Source of the DNA: Amphiscolops sp. MND2022
Taxonomy: Eukaryota
Assembly: GCA_964187785.1 (NCBI GenBank)
Contig: OZ076409.1
Span: forward strand, 96,660,001-96,724,000
Length of the DNA stretch: 64,000 nucleotides
Reading direction: 5' to 3'
The translations under genes were made by a program, and so were the position numbers. Under the pieces are notes generated by a model. It saw nothing but the letters and a program-made list of their open reading frames with translations. It was not told where the DNA came from and did no database searches. Below are positions 1 to 11,175 of the stretch, one piece after another; positions within the stretch are counted from its first letter, which is position 1, and each line of letters begins with the position of its first letter.

Positions 1-767
1 ACATTGACAATCCGAGAAGTATCTATTCCAGAACCTCTTTACAACACCCCAGAGCCATCTGAAACGTCACATCTTTGTAAGTTGAACATTTTACATTTCT
101 TTGTAAACGTTTTGAACATTTTACATTTCTTTGTAAACGTTTTGATATTGACTGGAATTTTAGAGTGGTTAGGATCGCAAGCATTTTTCTACAGTATTCA
201 TAGAACAATCTGTTTTAGCAAACAACACACTGAAAGCAGTGATGAACACTGAAGCAGTCTTTCTTCCAAAACGTTTTCACAACACTTCTACGGTTGGAGT
301 TTATCCATTCCATGACTAGTTCAACAACAACCGACAGAAGTCATTGGAGAAAATATCAATAACGATCAGTCTGGACTGAATGAAATCAGCAGAATTATTT
401 GAAGTTTAATCAGCCAATTCAGTTGAGTTGACCAAAAACTGAAACTTTATTTTTTCAATTTCTAAAACTTAAAAGTTTATTTGAAATATCCCACACACAC
501 AAAGTAGAAAACCTTTTCCAGTAAAATATGTTTACAGTTACTTCCAAAATATGTTGGTTTTGTCTGAATAAATACGGATTCTATTATGTCCTAATTGAAA
601 AATAATGTTTGATATATCCGATAATTCGGTTCATTTCTGCTCTTCAAAATTTGTTTTTGACTAAAATTAATAGGAAACCTATTATGTCCTATTGAAAATT
701 CGTTTAATATATCTGATAATTTGCTTTTTCCGCGTGTTATCTTTTGGTTGTGACTGAATAAATAAGG

Positions 768-3225
768 GATAAGTTCTGCCGGCTTGAAAAATTGATTATA
801 TCCAGCATTTTTGCTTTTTAAATGTCTTTAACTCTCAAAATGGCTTACTTTAGTGTACTTCCATAGGGGATAAGTTCTGTCGGTTTGAAAAACTGTTGAT
901 TATATCCAGCATTTTTGCTTTTTAAATGTCTTTAACTCTCAAAATGGCTTACTTTAGTGTACTTCCATAGGGGATAAGTTCTGTCGGTTTGAAAAATTGT
1001 TGATTATATCCAGCATTTTTGCTTTTTAAATGTCTTTAACTCTCAAAATGGCTTACTTTAGTGTACTTCCATAGGGGATAAGTTCTGTCGGTTTGAAAAA
1101 CTGTTGATTATATCCAGCATTTTTGCTTTTTAATTGTCTTTAGCTGTCAAAATGGCTTACTTTAGTGTACTTCCATAGGGGATAAGTTCTGTCGGTTTGA
1201 AAAACTGTTGATTATATCCAGCATTTTTGCTTTTTAAATGTCTTTAACTCTCAAAATGGCTTACTTTAGTGTACTTCCATAGGGGATAAGTTCTGTCGGT
1301 TTGAAAAACTGTTGATTATGTCTAGCATTTTTGCTTTTCAAATGTCTTTAACTCTCAAAATGGCTTACTTTAGTGTACTTCCATAGGGGATAAGTTCTGT
1401 CGGTTTGAAAAATTGTTGAATATATCCAGCATTTTTGCTTTTAAATGTCTTTAACTCTCAAAATGGCTCACTTTAGTGTACTTCCATAGGGGATAAGTTC
1501 TGTCGGTTTGAAAAACTGTTGATTATGTCCAGCATTTTTGCTTTTTAATTGTCTTTAGCTGTCAAAATGGCTCACTTTAGTGTACTTCCATAGGGGATAA
1601 GTTCTGTCGGTTTGAAAAATTGTTGATTATGTCTAGCATTTTTGCTTTTCAAATGTCTTTAACTCTCAAAATGGCTTACTTTAGTGTACTTCCATAGGGG
1701 ATAAGTTCTGTCGGTTTGAAAAATTGTTGAATATATCCAGCATTTTTGCTTTTCAAATGTCTTTAACTCTCAAAATGGCTTACTTTAGTGTACTTCCATA
1801 GGGGATAAGTTCTGTCGGTTTGAAAAACTGTTGATTATATCCAGCATTTTTGCTTTTTAAATGTCTTTAACTCTCAAAATGGCTTACTTTAGTGTACTTC
1901 CATAGGGGATAAGTTCTGTCGGTTTGAAAAACTGTTGATTATGTCTAGCATTTTTGCTTTTCAAATGTCTTTAACTCTCAAAATGGCTTACTTTAGTGTA
2001 CTTCCATAGGGGATAAGTTCTGTCGGTTTGAAAAATTGTTGAATATATCCAGCATTTTTGCTTTTAAATGTCTTTAACTCTCAAAATGACTCACTTTAGT
2101 GTACTTCCATAGGGGATAAGTTCTGTCGGTTTGAAAAACTGTTGATTATGTCCAGCATTTTTGCTTTTTAATTGTCTTTAGCTGTCAAAATGGCTCACTT
2201 TAGTGTACTTCCATAGGGGATAAGTTCTGTCGGTTTGAAAAATTGTTGATTATGTCTAGCATTTTTGCTTTTCAAATGTCTTTAACTCTCAAAATGGCTT
2301 ACTTTAGTGTACTTCCATAGGGGATAAGTTCTGTCGGTTTGAAAAATTGTTGAATATATCCAGCATTTTTGCTTTTGAATGTCTTTAACTCTCAAAATGG
2401 CTTACTTTAGTGTACTTCCATAGGGGATAAGTTCTGTCGGTTTGAAAAATTGTTGAATATATCCAGCATTTTTGCTTTTCAAATGTCTTTAACTCTCAAA
2501 ATGGCTTACTTTAGTGTACTTCCATAGGGGATAAGTTCTGTCGGTTTGAAAAACTGTTGATTATATCCAGCATTTTTGCTTTTTAAATGTCTTTAACTCT
2601 CAAAATGGCTTACTTTAGTGTACTTCCATAGGGGATAAGTTCTGTCGGTTTGAAAAACTGTTGATTATATCCAGCATTTTTGCTTTTCAAATGTCTTTAA
2701 CTCTCAAAATGGCTTACTTTAGTGTACTTCCATAGGGGATAAGTTCTGTCGGTTTGAAAAATTGTTGAATATATCCAGCATTTTTGCTTTTAAATGTCTT
2801 CAACTCTCAAAATGGCTCACTTTAGTGTACTTCCATAGGGGATAAGTTCTGTCGGTTTGAAAAATTGTTGAATATGTCTAGCATTTTTGCTTTTCAAATG
2901 TCTTTAACTCTCAAAATGGCTTACTTTAGTGTACTTCCATAGGGGATAAGTTCTGTCGGTTTGAAAAACTGTTGATTATATCCAGCATTTTTGCTTTTCA
3001 AATGTCTTTAACTCTCAAAATGGCTTACTTTAGTGTACTTCCATAGTGGATAAGTTCTGTCTGTTCGGAAAATTGTTGATTATGTCCAGCATTCTGGTGT
3101 TTTCTTTGTCTTTAATTCTGGAAATGGCTTACTTTAGTGTACTTCCATAGGGGATAAGTTCTGTCGCTTTTAAAAGCTGTTGATTATTTCCAGCATTTTA
3201 ACTTTTCTAATGACTTTAACTCCAA
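768..3225. repeat. Tandem satellite, 103-104 bp unit, ~23-24 copies
   Basis: The unit ATAAGTTCTGTCGGTTTGAAAAACTGTTGATTATATCCAGC...GTACTTCCATAGGGG recurs at 870, 974, 1078 and onward. Edge copies are degenerate. Confidence 0.97.
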
Positions 3226-3488
3226 ATGTCTTCGTTTCGAGTAATGTTTTAAGTAACCTACTATGTTCGATTGAAAAAAATGTTGCTTATTCTCGGCATT
3301 TTGGTGAAAAGTTTGTCTTTGTCGCATAAAATGGTTTTGTTTAGTATACTTCCGTTTTTGTCGATTATTCTTCCGGTTCCTTGTGCAAATTTTGTCTTCC
3401 TCTCATTTGCTATTTGGTAATTTCACTACTCCCATGATGTAGACACAATGTACTGGGTAAGACGGGCCTAACCCAGCCTGCACAGTAC

Positions 3489-3601
3489 GAGTGTCTACTG
3501 GGGTCTTAGTATTGGTTGACCTCTCTTGAAGCAGGTAGACCGTTACAGCTCTACTCTTCAAGAGTCGGGTTGAGGTTAACCCAAGACTCCAGTAGACACT
3601 C
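3489..3601 (+). other. Long imperfect hairpin (~113 nt)
   Basis: GAGTGTCTACTGGGGTCTT (3489-3507) pairs with AAGACTCCAGTAGACACTC (3583-3601). Inner stems are GGTTGACCTC/GAGGTTAACC, CTCTTGAAG/CTTCAAGAG and GTAGA/TCTAC. Confidence 0.85.
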
Positions 3602-3734
3602 AAAATCTGCACAAGTACTAATTTGATTCGATTCATTTTTGTAAACGTTGACATGAATGGTACTCTCATTCTTGGTGATTTCACATGCCATTGGTGGAAT
3701 CTTTCAACACTTTGACTTTTGATCGTGAATCTCT

Positions 3735-4405
3735 GAAATGAATCTGACATTGTAGAAAGGTTTGGAATAAATTTCACTGTGATTGTTTCCATGTTGTGAG
3801 ATGTTTCCACGCCTCACCTCTTGAGTGTCGCAAATGAGTCTGATGTGCTGTAAAAAGGTTTTGGAATAGATTTCACTGTGATTGTTGATGTTTTCAAGTA
3901 CTGAGATGTTTCCACTCACCTCCTTAAGTCTCGCAAATGAGTCTGAACATGTTTTGCAATAGATGACATTGTGATTGCAGATACTTTCAAGTGTTGGGAT
4001 ATTTGAACACCTCAACTTTTGGGTTTCTTGTATCTCGGAAATGAGTCTGATGTGCTGAAAAGAGGTTTTGGAATAGATTACACTGTGATTGTTGATGTTT
4101 TCAAGTACTGAGATGTTTCCACTCCTCACCTTCTTAAGTCTCGCAAATGAGTCTGATGTGCTGTAAAAAGGTTTCGGAATAGATATCACTGTGATTGTTG
4201 ATGTTTTCAAGTACTAAGATGTTTCCACTCATCACCTCCTTAAGTCTCGCAAATGAGTCTGATGTGCTGTAAAAAGGTTTTGGAATAGATTTCACTGTCA
4301 TTGTTGATGTTTTCAAGTACTAAGATGTTTCCACTCATCACCTCCTTAAGTCTCGCAAATGAGTCTGATGTGCTGTAAAAAAGTTTCGGAATAGATATCA
4401 CTGTG
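3735..4405. repeat. Tandem repeat, ~106 bp unit, ~6 copies
   Basis: GAGTCTGATGTGCTGTAAAAAGGTTTTGGAATAGAT... recurs at 4149, 4255 and 4361, with diverged copies upstream. Confidence 0.93.
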
Positions 4406-5460
4406 GGGGCTTATGTCCGATGGAAAAATTGATGTCCTATCAAAAAATTGATTATATATACCATGTTTTTACCAATGTTACAGTCTTCAACTCTCATTCA
4501 ATTTAATATTGTGTAACATTTGATGGATTCATTTTCCTGTTTGTTTTCATATATCCGACGATAGGTTGAAATAGTCAATTCTCGGAGTATTTGGAAAAGT
4601 AAAAACCAAAGAATAACCAATATTCGATCCTTCTCTTATATCTGTCGGTCTCAGTCTACACTCTGACGTCATCCCAATTCGATCAAATGTAATCTTTTCC
4701 ATTTTTTGGAAAATCCAGATGTTTTTTTTTTAATGACTAGACTAGATTGTTCTCGGACATGTATACAAATGGATTCAACATTTTTTACCGGAAAACAGTG
4801 TTTTTGTATAATCCTTAGAACTTTGATCATTTAGTATTTAATTTATTTCGTGTGTGGAGTTGAACATTTTGATCATTCGAATTTATTTCAGTAGTCTAGA
4901 TTAAAATCAATTCAAGTTTTGTTTTCAATGGCATGAGACTGAGGTTCCAACAGAGGTGTTAGACAGGTAGAATAGTTTGAAAGAAATTTGTGAACAAAAG
5001 TTAAATTGTTGAGAAAAGATGAACGATTTCTGTATTCAGATTCAGAACACATTTCTGAAAGTTGATTTCAGTTGTGTTGTGAAAATGTTGAGGAATAGAT
5101 GGTACTTTTCATTTCAAATTCTTGGAAATAGTTTTCCGAGCTGGTACGTTTTTCGTTTTTGCAAGCCAATTCTTTTTCTAGTAGAGGTTTCGTTTCATCT
5201 TCGATCCGGGGGGGGGGGATAAAAATCGGCTCTTTGCCGACACAGCATCAGGTTGTGCGGGGTAAAACAACAACTGTCCCTAATACTGGAACACTGTTTG
5301 TTAATTTGGTTGAAGAATACATGGTACAGAGTTGGTTTTTGCCGAGAGAGTTGAGAAACTTTAGATATATTCTGAAGATGGAGACGTCTGAGCATCCGTT
5401 GTGTTGTGAAAGAGTTTTGGAATAGATGGTGCTCTTATGGTTGATGTTTTTAATATTTCT

Positions 5461-5768
5461 GCTTTCGTTGCCCCGAGTTATTGAGATGAAGCGAATGAGT
5501 GTTAATAATTCGTTCGTTGAGAGCTTCGCCTGCATTCAAATGCGAATGCGAAACTTCGTCTACGCTTAGTAGTTATATTTTCTTTAGTCCGAAAAGAATT
5601 AAAGGCGGTGTAAACTTGTACAGTGATTACATGTAATTGTGCGCTAAATAATGATTAAACAAGAGTGTATTGGTATTCCAGATTTGATTCTTTTATTAAT
5701 GATTTTTTTTTGTGTCAAAAAAATAAAGATTAAAGCAGAAATAGTGGTGAGCCCGATGGGGCCTATTT
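5461..5768 (+). mobile_element. Dispersed non-autonomous repeat, possibly Helitron-like 3' end; second copy inverted at ~23876-24175
   Basis: About 300 bp nearly identical to the reverse complement of ~23876-24175. It ends in a small GCCC-GATG-GGGC hairpin followed by CTATTTT. Confidence 0.6.
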
Positions 5769-6296
5769 TCAAAACCAGACACAACCTAACTAGTAAGACT
5801 AACTTTTGAATTCTACATGACATTTTAGACAACGGTGCAAATTTTGTGTTGTAAAACGTTTTGGAATAAACATTACTCTGATTGTTGATGATTTTCAGAT
5901 AGCAGAGGCTTTGAATAACTCTTTAGCGTCAAAATAGTCTTCAAAACAAGACGTTTTAATTTCCGTGACATTTCTAGAACCAGTTTTGGGTTCAACTACA
6001 TTTCGAGAACTGGTTTTTAATCAGTGATATTCATAAACCGACTGCAGGAGGGTTGTGAAAACGTTTTGGAGTAGATAGTTTTGTGGTTGTTGATGTTTTT
6101 CAAGAAGTAGTCTTGATAGTTTACTCTCGAGTGTCATCTGAAGATTGTTGTGAAAACGTTTTAGAATCTTACTGACTGTTGATATAATTGCAATTTTTTG
6201 GGGTACTGAATAATGTTCTAATATTTTGATAGCTTGGTTCTCCTTCAATCCTAGTAATTTTAAAAATGCTGTAATGTTAACATTCTACATCATTGG

Positions 6297-6569
6297 ATGG
6301 ATTCATTTCACAAATCGTTTTTCAGAATTTTTGGAATGTATTCGAATATTCGATCATACCTGATGTCACTGCCTGTCTTCCACTCTGACCTAATTCCATT
6401 CCGGTCTTGCATCCGCCCTGTGGACGAGCTCTTTTCGAATTTTGGCCCTTTCCACCGAAAACGTGTGAGATTTTGTGATGATAAAATTTCAGAAAATTCC
6501 CCCATCTTGGATCAAAGCCGTCGTATTCACACAAAAGTGAATCAAAGTTGGATGAAAAAGAAAAATTGA
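6297..6569 (+). CDS. Small orphan ORF (90 aa) with an RVxF-type motif (KRVRF)
   Basis: ATG-initiated ORF convergent with the polymerase. No family recognised with confidence. Confidence 0.25.
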   Translation: MDSFHKSFFRIFGMYSNIRSYLMSLPVFHSDLIPFRSCIRPVDELFSNFGPFHRKRVRFCDDKISENSPILDQSRRIHTKVNQSWMKKKN

Positions 6570-7401
6570 AGAAAATGTATGTTCCCTATATTTTCTTCTA
6601 CAAAAGTATGGAACAAAAGAGCACCTGAGGAAGCAGAGTGTATCCGTGAAGTACCAATTTTACCAAACACGAATGGTCACAATATTTCACCTAATTATGC
6701 TTTTCTCGAGGAACCCCGGAAATCGGGAACAATGGACAATGTTTCTAAATGTATTATGAATTGTAACAGAATTTGATTCACAAGATTTTTTCCGTTTATC
6801 AGAGAAACTTTTTGATATTCATCTCACATTGATCTTCCCTACAAATTGTTTGAAAAGCTAATTAGTTACCAGTTTTTGATACTTTTTTCTTCATTGAGAT
6901 AGACTAGAATATTATCGGAGTGAGTTTAGTAATATTTAGGTTTTTGTCGGATTTAAAACCAATGTTCCATTTTTGACAATACTCAACTCATTGACTTGAA
7001 ATCAGGTTATTCTGTATGTGTGTGATTAATCTTGTTTATGAGTCTAATTTATCGTGGTAACTTGAAATATAATAAAAATTTAAACGTTTTTTTTTTTAAT
7101 TTCTAGTACAAGGCTGTTTGAGTTTGTAACACAAGACCGTAGAAATAGTTTGAAAAATCTAGTATTGAGCAAGTGGAAATTGTCAAGTTCCTAGATCATT
7201 CAAGTCAATCTGTGTGTGTGGGATTTATCTTGTTGATCAATTCATTTTACTGTAGTAACAATTTTTTTTTGTAATCAATTTTTGAAACGTTTGTTTTATT
7301 AGTATCAGACAGTTGGTGTTTCTAACAGAAGGCTGGATAAATAGTTTGAAAAACAATAATTGAGCAAGACTGAATTGTTCAAAATTACCAAAAATGATTT
7401 T

Positions 7402-10400
7402 TTAATTTTCTTGTGCTTCATACAAAATGAAAGGATTTTTTTTTCGCATGCGCTTTGGAGGTATAAAAATGAATTCATTTTCGGATTCGTCAGAAGTAAG
7501 GAATCCTGGATCTGGCAAAATTTCATCATCGTCGTTCTGCTTCATTTCATTTACAACAAAATTTTTTTCATCGAGTGTTAATGTAGGGTCCTCCAAAATC
7601 TTTGGCATGATACTTTTTGGGAGAGATTTCGGTATCTTGTAATGGCCAAATGCGAGCGTTTCATTGTCTTCTGCAATGTAACGCTTGTTGTCTGCACTGT
7701 TCAATACAATTTTGTCACATTCTTCCACAAAAAGCTCTAAGTTATGAGATTTGAGGGTCCGCATTTTTTCTTTGATTGTAAGATTTTGGCTGAGCACTTT
7801 TTTGTAGAGTTTGTGATGTAAATTTTTCTGAATAGCCTTGGTGACACCTTTTGCACATTTCTTCTTCTTTCCGGGTGAGTAAATACTGTACATTTTGGCT
7901 CGCAGTCCCACATACTCCTCAATCACTTCGCCATTCATCTCGTCCTTCATCTTGAGCACTTTCTTTTTGTTTCTGTCACTGTATAAAAAGTGGTCTTTCG
8001 GGTAATCTGAAAAATCAAACTCGTCGGCAATTTTCTCAAGATCCGCGTATAAGTTTTTGGTTTCGATTGCCAGCAACAAGGAATCTGTGTCGGAATACAA
8101 TAGTTTTGCCTTCTCCCCATAGGTCGGCTTTATTGTTTCATACAAAAACCGATACATGACTAACTTTGACAAGTCTAGAACAGCGGCTCCGATGTAAGTG
8201 GGTTTGTTCCAGGTAACAATAGTCTTGTTCATGATTAGGGCACACAAATCTGGTTGGAAAATTGTAAAAGATTTAAAGTTGGGTTTACTGATAAACTTTT
8301 GACACTGCTCGTCATCAGTGAAGAGTTTAATATTTTGGCGATTCATCAAGTCCTCCATTGATTTGCCAAAAACTGAATTGTTCAGTAGTTTCCCAAGATC
8401 TTTTAGGCAGTCAGTTTTTGCTTTACGTCGTATTTCTGTGTTGATGTCGATGTAAGTTTTCATCCATTTACTCTGTTTGAACTTGATAATGCGGTGAACT
8501 TTCAGTACCTTCAACCCATGGGTAACGTAAAACTTCAAAATCCTGTAATGACAAACATAGTATTGCTTTGTATTGAACGTTTGCAAAAGCTTATAAATTT
8601 CTTTTGATTCGCAATTGTTTTGAGTCTGATAAGCAGACAGCATTGCTTTCGTGATGTGTAGATGTTCGGGTGCCAAAGGATAATCATTGTGGAAATCGTG
8701 AAGATCTTCTGGATACTCTAAATCAACGACCACGAAATACCCAAATTCAGCGTCGTCAGCCGTATCCAAGACTGTTTTGAGTGGAATCGTGGTTTCTGAA
8801 AAGTCACCAAATGGTAGGCTCTCGCACATCACACCACCATATAAATTATTGGCATCCAATAATATGAGCCAAGTAGTTGGTTCAGTTGCGTCAAAATTTG
8901 TGCATTCCGGGTTGTTGGCTTTATAGTACCGACTGTGGTAAACACCACACATTCCCCCTCTAATTCCTCTTCGAATGATATCGAGGTGGTCTTTTTCGGC
9001 CAATAAATCCAATCGAATTTTTGTTGTTTTGAGCATTGCCTCCCATGCAAAATGAGGAGCAGTCAAAAAGTGTGCTGGGTCCAGACCGAAATTCGCATAA
9101 GCAAGGGTTCTGAAGTTTTCAAAAACGTCGGCCAGGGTGCATACATCCGCCTTTAGATAAATATCGTGATACTGCCCCATATTTTCAACCCCGAGGCTTT
9201 GCCATACTCTTTTTCCGTGTTGGTAGTCTTTTTCTGGTAATTTTTCACCTGTCAAAGTGTTTATCCAGATGGGTGGGAGTTCAGTATCGTTAAACTTGTC
9301 AAAAGAGTCCATGTAACTGTAGGGGTAAACACCTTTTTGTAGAAGGATGCTTTGTTGATCAAATGACAGATTTTTGAAAATTTCCCTAAAGGTAGGAAAT
9401 TCCATTTTATCAGCCTTCATCGTTTCAATAAGGCTACTCAATGACTTGGCTTGGAATCGAAAACTGTCAATAAACTTTAGCTTTTCGTATGTATTAACTT
9501 GTTCATTTTTGACATTCTGGTAAGATCCTGTAGAAACGCGAATTGCAAAACTAATAAATTCCTCTGAATTGTTTGCTATACACTCCAATTTTTCCTCATC
9601 ATCTCCAGGCTGGTAGTACCTTAAAATGTGCTTAAAGTCGTATTTTGATCCATTATGAAATACTACCGGGGTGAAACTCGTTGTTCGACATGATGAATTG
9701 CAGTTTTTATGGGCAATACCGCGTAATTCTCCATTCAAATGATTATGCTCAAATACGCGATCTTCCACAAGTGGCTCATTGCAGATTGAGCAATCTATCG
9801 CCTCCTCCATTCTTGCATCATCACCTGCTTTCTTTTTGTAAATTGGAAACTTCCGTTTCGCTGCATAAATTTCTCTAGCCCATTGTCTAGCTGTATTCAA
9901 AAAACATCTGACACAGTCCTCACTCCGGTTGAAATATTGTCTCCACACACCCCCTCTTTCGTCTAAACAAATTGCATAAATTCCACAGGGGATTTGTTTT
10001 TCAACTTTTCGTGTTTGTGAACTGCTGGAGATGTCGGTCACCTTAGGTGTAATTGCCTCGATATCTGCATAAATAACAAAGGGAACTCGCATTCTTGCCG
10101 AAACATTCTTCCAGGTCATTTTTGCGTTTTGTTTCATTCTTATACGACACGGCTGCTCTGAACAAACAATTTGATGATTTCTCAGACGATCTATGCCTGC
10201 ACATCCAGTCAAACACTTACGACAATAATAAAGTGTCCTTTTCTTTGTTTGTCTTCGCATAAAACCATTGAAATTGGTAATCAGGCAGTAGTGATAACGA
10301 CCATCATCTTCTAGCAGCAACAAATCCACTGGATATCCATCAGTTTTTGAAATTCGTATGGGATACACTTCTTTTTCGACAGCAAAAACATTGACTGATA

Positions 10401-11175
10401 GCTCATTAGCTATTTCAATTTTGTCAATATCTTTAATTTTCACTGGGGAGTCCGCACCACATAAATCAATTTTTTCAAAATCTTTGTAGGTGTTGGGTCG
10501 ATTTCTGTGTGATTTTATACTGCAGTAGTTTCTTGCCGCTTGTATGGAAAGTTCAAAACAATCGTTGGTTTTCATGGTTCGAATATTCAGGAGGAACTTG
10601 TTGTTTGCAAACATGGTTGGTGTTGGAATGAAACTCCCAGCTTTGATGGGGTGATTGCGAGCAAAATTGATTCCCAGTTTCGGAATATTTTTCACTGTCC
10701 AACCAGAGCCATGTTGACAAAAATTCTCTAACCTTTTCAATACTTGGTTTTTAACCTCTTCAAAAATTGTTTTGGTGAGACCTTCCCCATAGACTGTCTG
10801 CATCTTGGAGTTGAAGCAGGCTTCGATCTCTGTTTCTGTAGTGGGTTTGAATAAAACTGCACATAAAGATAGTTGAAATTTTGTGCTTTGAGTCTCATTC
10901 AAGTTGCTGTTTATTAATGTGATGAGATCCGGAAATAAATTGTTGATAAAAACCGTTGGATCAAATACTATCGTTTTTGGGCGAATAGTGATAACCTTGA
11001 GGTAATTTTTTCTGGTTTTTTCTTCCAAGTCGTACTCAAATATAGTTGGGGTATCGTCAACATGAATATTTTCTGTATTACTATTCGAGTGACCACTGTC
11101 TCTGAAATGTCTGGTTAAACTTCTTTTGTATTTGTATCCCTTTGAGCAAGTTTTGCAGGTAAAATGTTTTTCCAT
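7402..11175 (-). CDS. Protein-primed family B DNA polymerase (Polinton/Maverick/adintovirus type) with N-terminal C2H2 finger and inserted endonuclease VII-like Zn module
   Basis: Uninterrupted ~1257-aa ORF from the first ATG at 11175. Exonuclease motifs YADIEA, HNGSKYDF, YLKADV; polymerase motifs DANNLYG, KLLNNSVFGKS, YSDTDS; KGVYPYSY. EndoVII-like CSIC...HNHLNGELRGIAHKNCN. AATAAA on the minus strand at 7295-7300. Confidence 0.95.
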   Translation of the reverse strand: MEKHFTCKTCSKGYKYKRSLTRHFRDSGHSNSNTENIHVDDTPTIFEYDLEEKTRKNYLKVITIRPKTIVFDPTVFINNLFPDLITLINSNLNETQSTKFQLSLCAVLFKPTTETEIEACFNSKMQTVYGEGLTKTIFEEVKNQVLKRLENFCQHGSGWTVKNIPKLGINFARNHPIKAGSFIPTPTMFANNKFLLNIRTMKTNDCFELSIQAARNYCSIKSHRNRPNTYKDFEKIDLCGADSPVKIKDIDKIEIANELSVNVFAVEKEVYPIRISKTDGYPVDLLLLEDDGRYHYCLITNFNGFMRRQTKKRTLYYCRKCLTGCAGIDRLRNHQIVCSEQPCRIRMKQNAKMTWKNVSARMRVPFVIYADIEAITPKVTDISSSSQTRKVEKQIPCGIYAICLDERGGVWRQYFNRSEDCVRCFLNTARQWAREIYAAKRKFPIYKKKAGDDARMEEAIDCSICNEPLVEDRVFEHNHLNGELRGIAHKNCNSSCRTTSFTPVVFHNGSKYDFKHILRYYQPGDDEEKLECIANNSEEFISFAIRVSTGSYQNVKNEQVNTYEKLKFIDSFRFQAKSLSSLIETMKADKMEFPTFREIFKNLSFDQQSILLQKGVYPYSYMDSFDKFNDTELPPIWINTLTGEKLPEKDYQHGKRVWQSLGVENMGQYHDIYLKADVCTLADVFENFRTLAYANFGLDPAHFLTAPHFAWEAMLKTTKIRLDLLAEKDHLDIIRRGIRGGMCGVYHSRYYKANNPECTNFDATEPTTWLILLDANNLYGGVMCESLPFGDFSETTIPLKTVLDTADDAEFGYFVVVDLEYPEDLHDFHNDYPLAPEHLHITKAMLSAYQTQNNCESKEIYKLLQTFNTKQYYVCHYRILKFYVTHGLKVLKVHRIIKFKQSKWMKTYIDINTEIRRKAKTDCLKDLGKLLNNSVFGKSMEDLMNRQNIKLFTDDEQCQKFISKPNFKSFTIFQPDLCALIMNKTIVTWNKPTYIGAAVLDLSKLVMYRFLYETIKPTYGEKAKLLYSDTDSLLLAIETKNLYADLEKIADEFDFSDYPKDHFLYSDRNKKKVLKMKDEMNGEVIEEYVGLRAKMYSIYSPGKKKKCAKGVTKAIQKNLHHKLYKKVLSQNLTIKEKMRTLKSHNLELFVEECDKIVLNSADNKRYIAEDNETLAFGHYKIPKSLPKSIMPKILEDPTLTLDEKNFVVNEMKQNDDDEILPDPGFLTSDESENEFIFIPPKRMRKKNPFILYEAQEN

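Noticed and set aside
3704..4316. Repeat-rich ORFs (168 aa, 60 aa)
   Set aside because: They arise from a 106-bp unit, which is not a multiple of 3, so the frames shift. Likely spurious.
768..4405. Tandem arrays as a CRISPR-like array
   Set aside because: Units are near-identical along their whole length with no unique spacers, there are no cas genes, and the context is eukaryotic.
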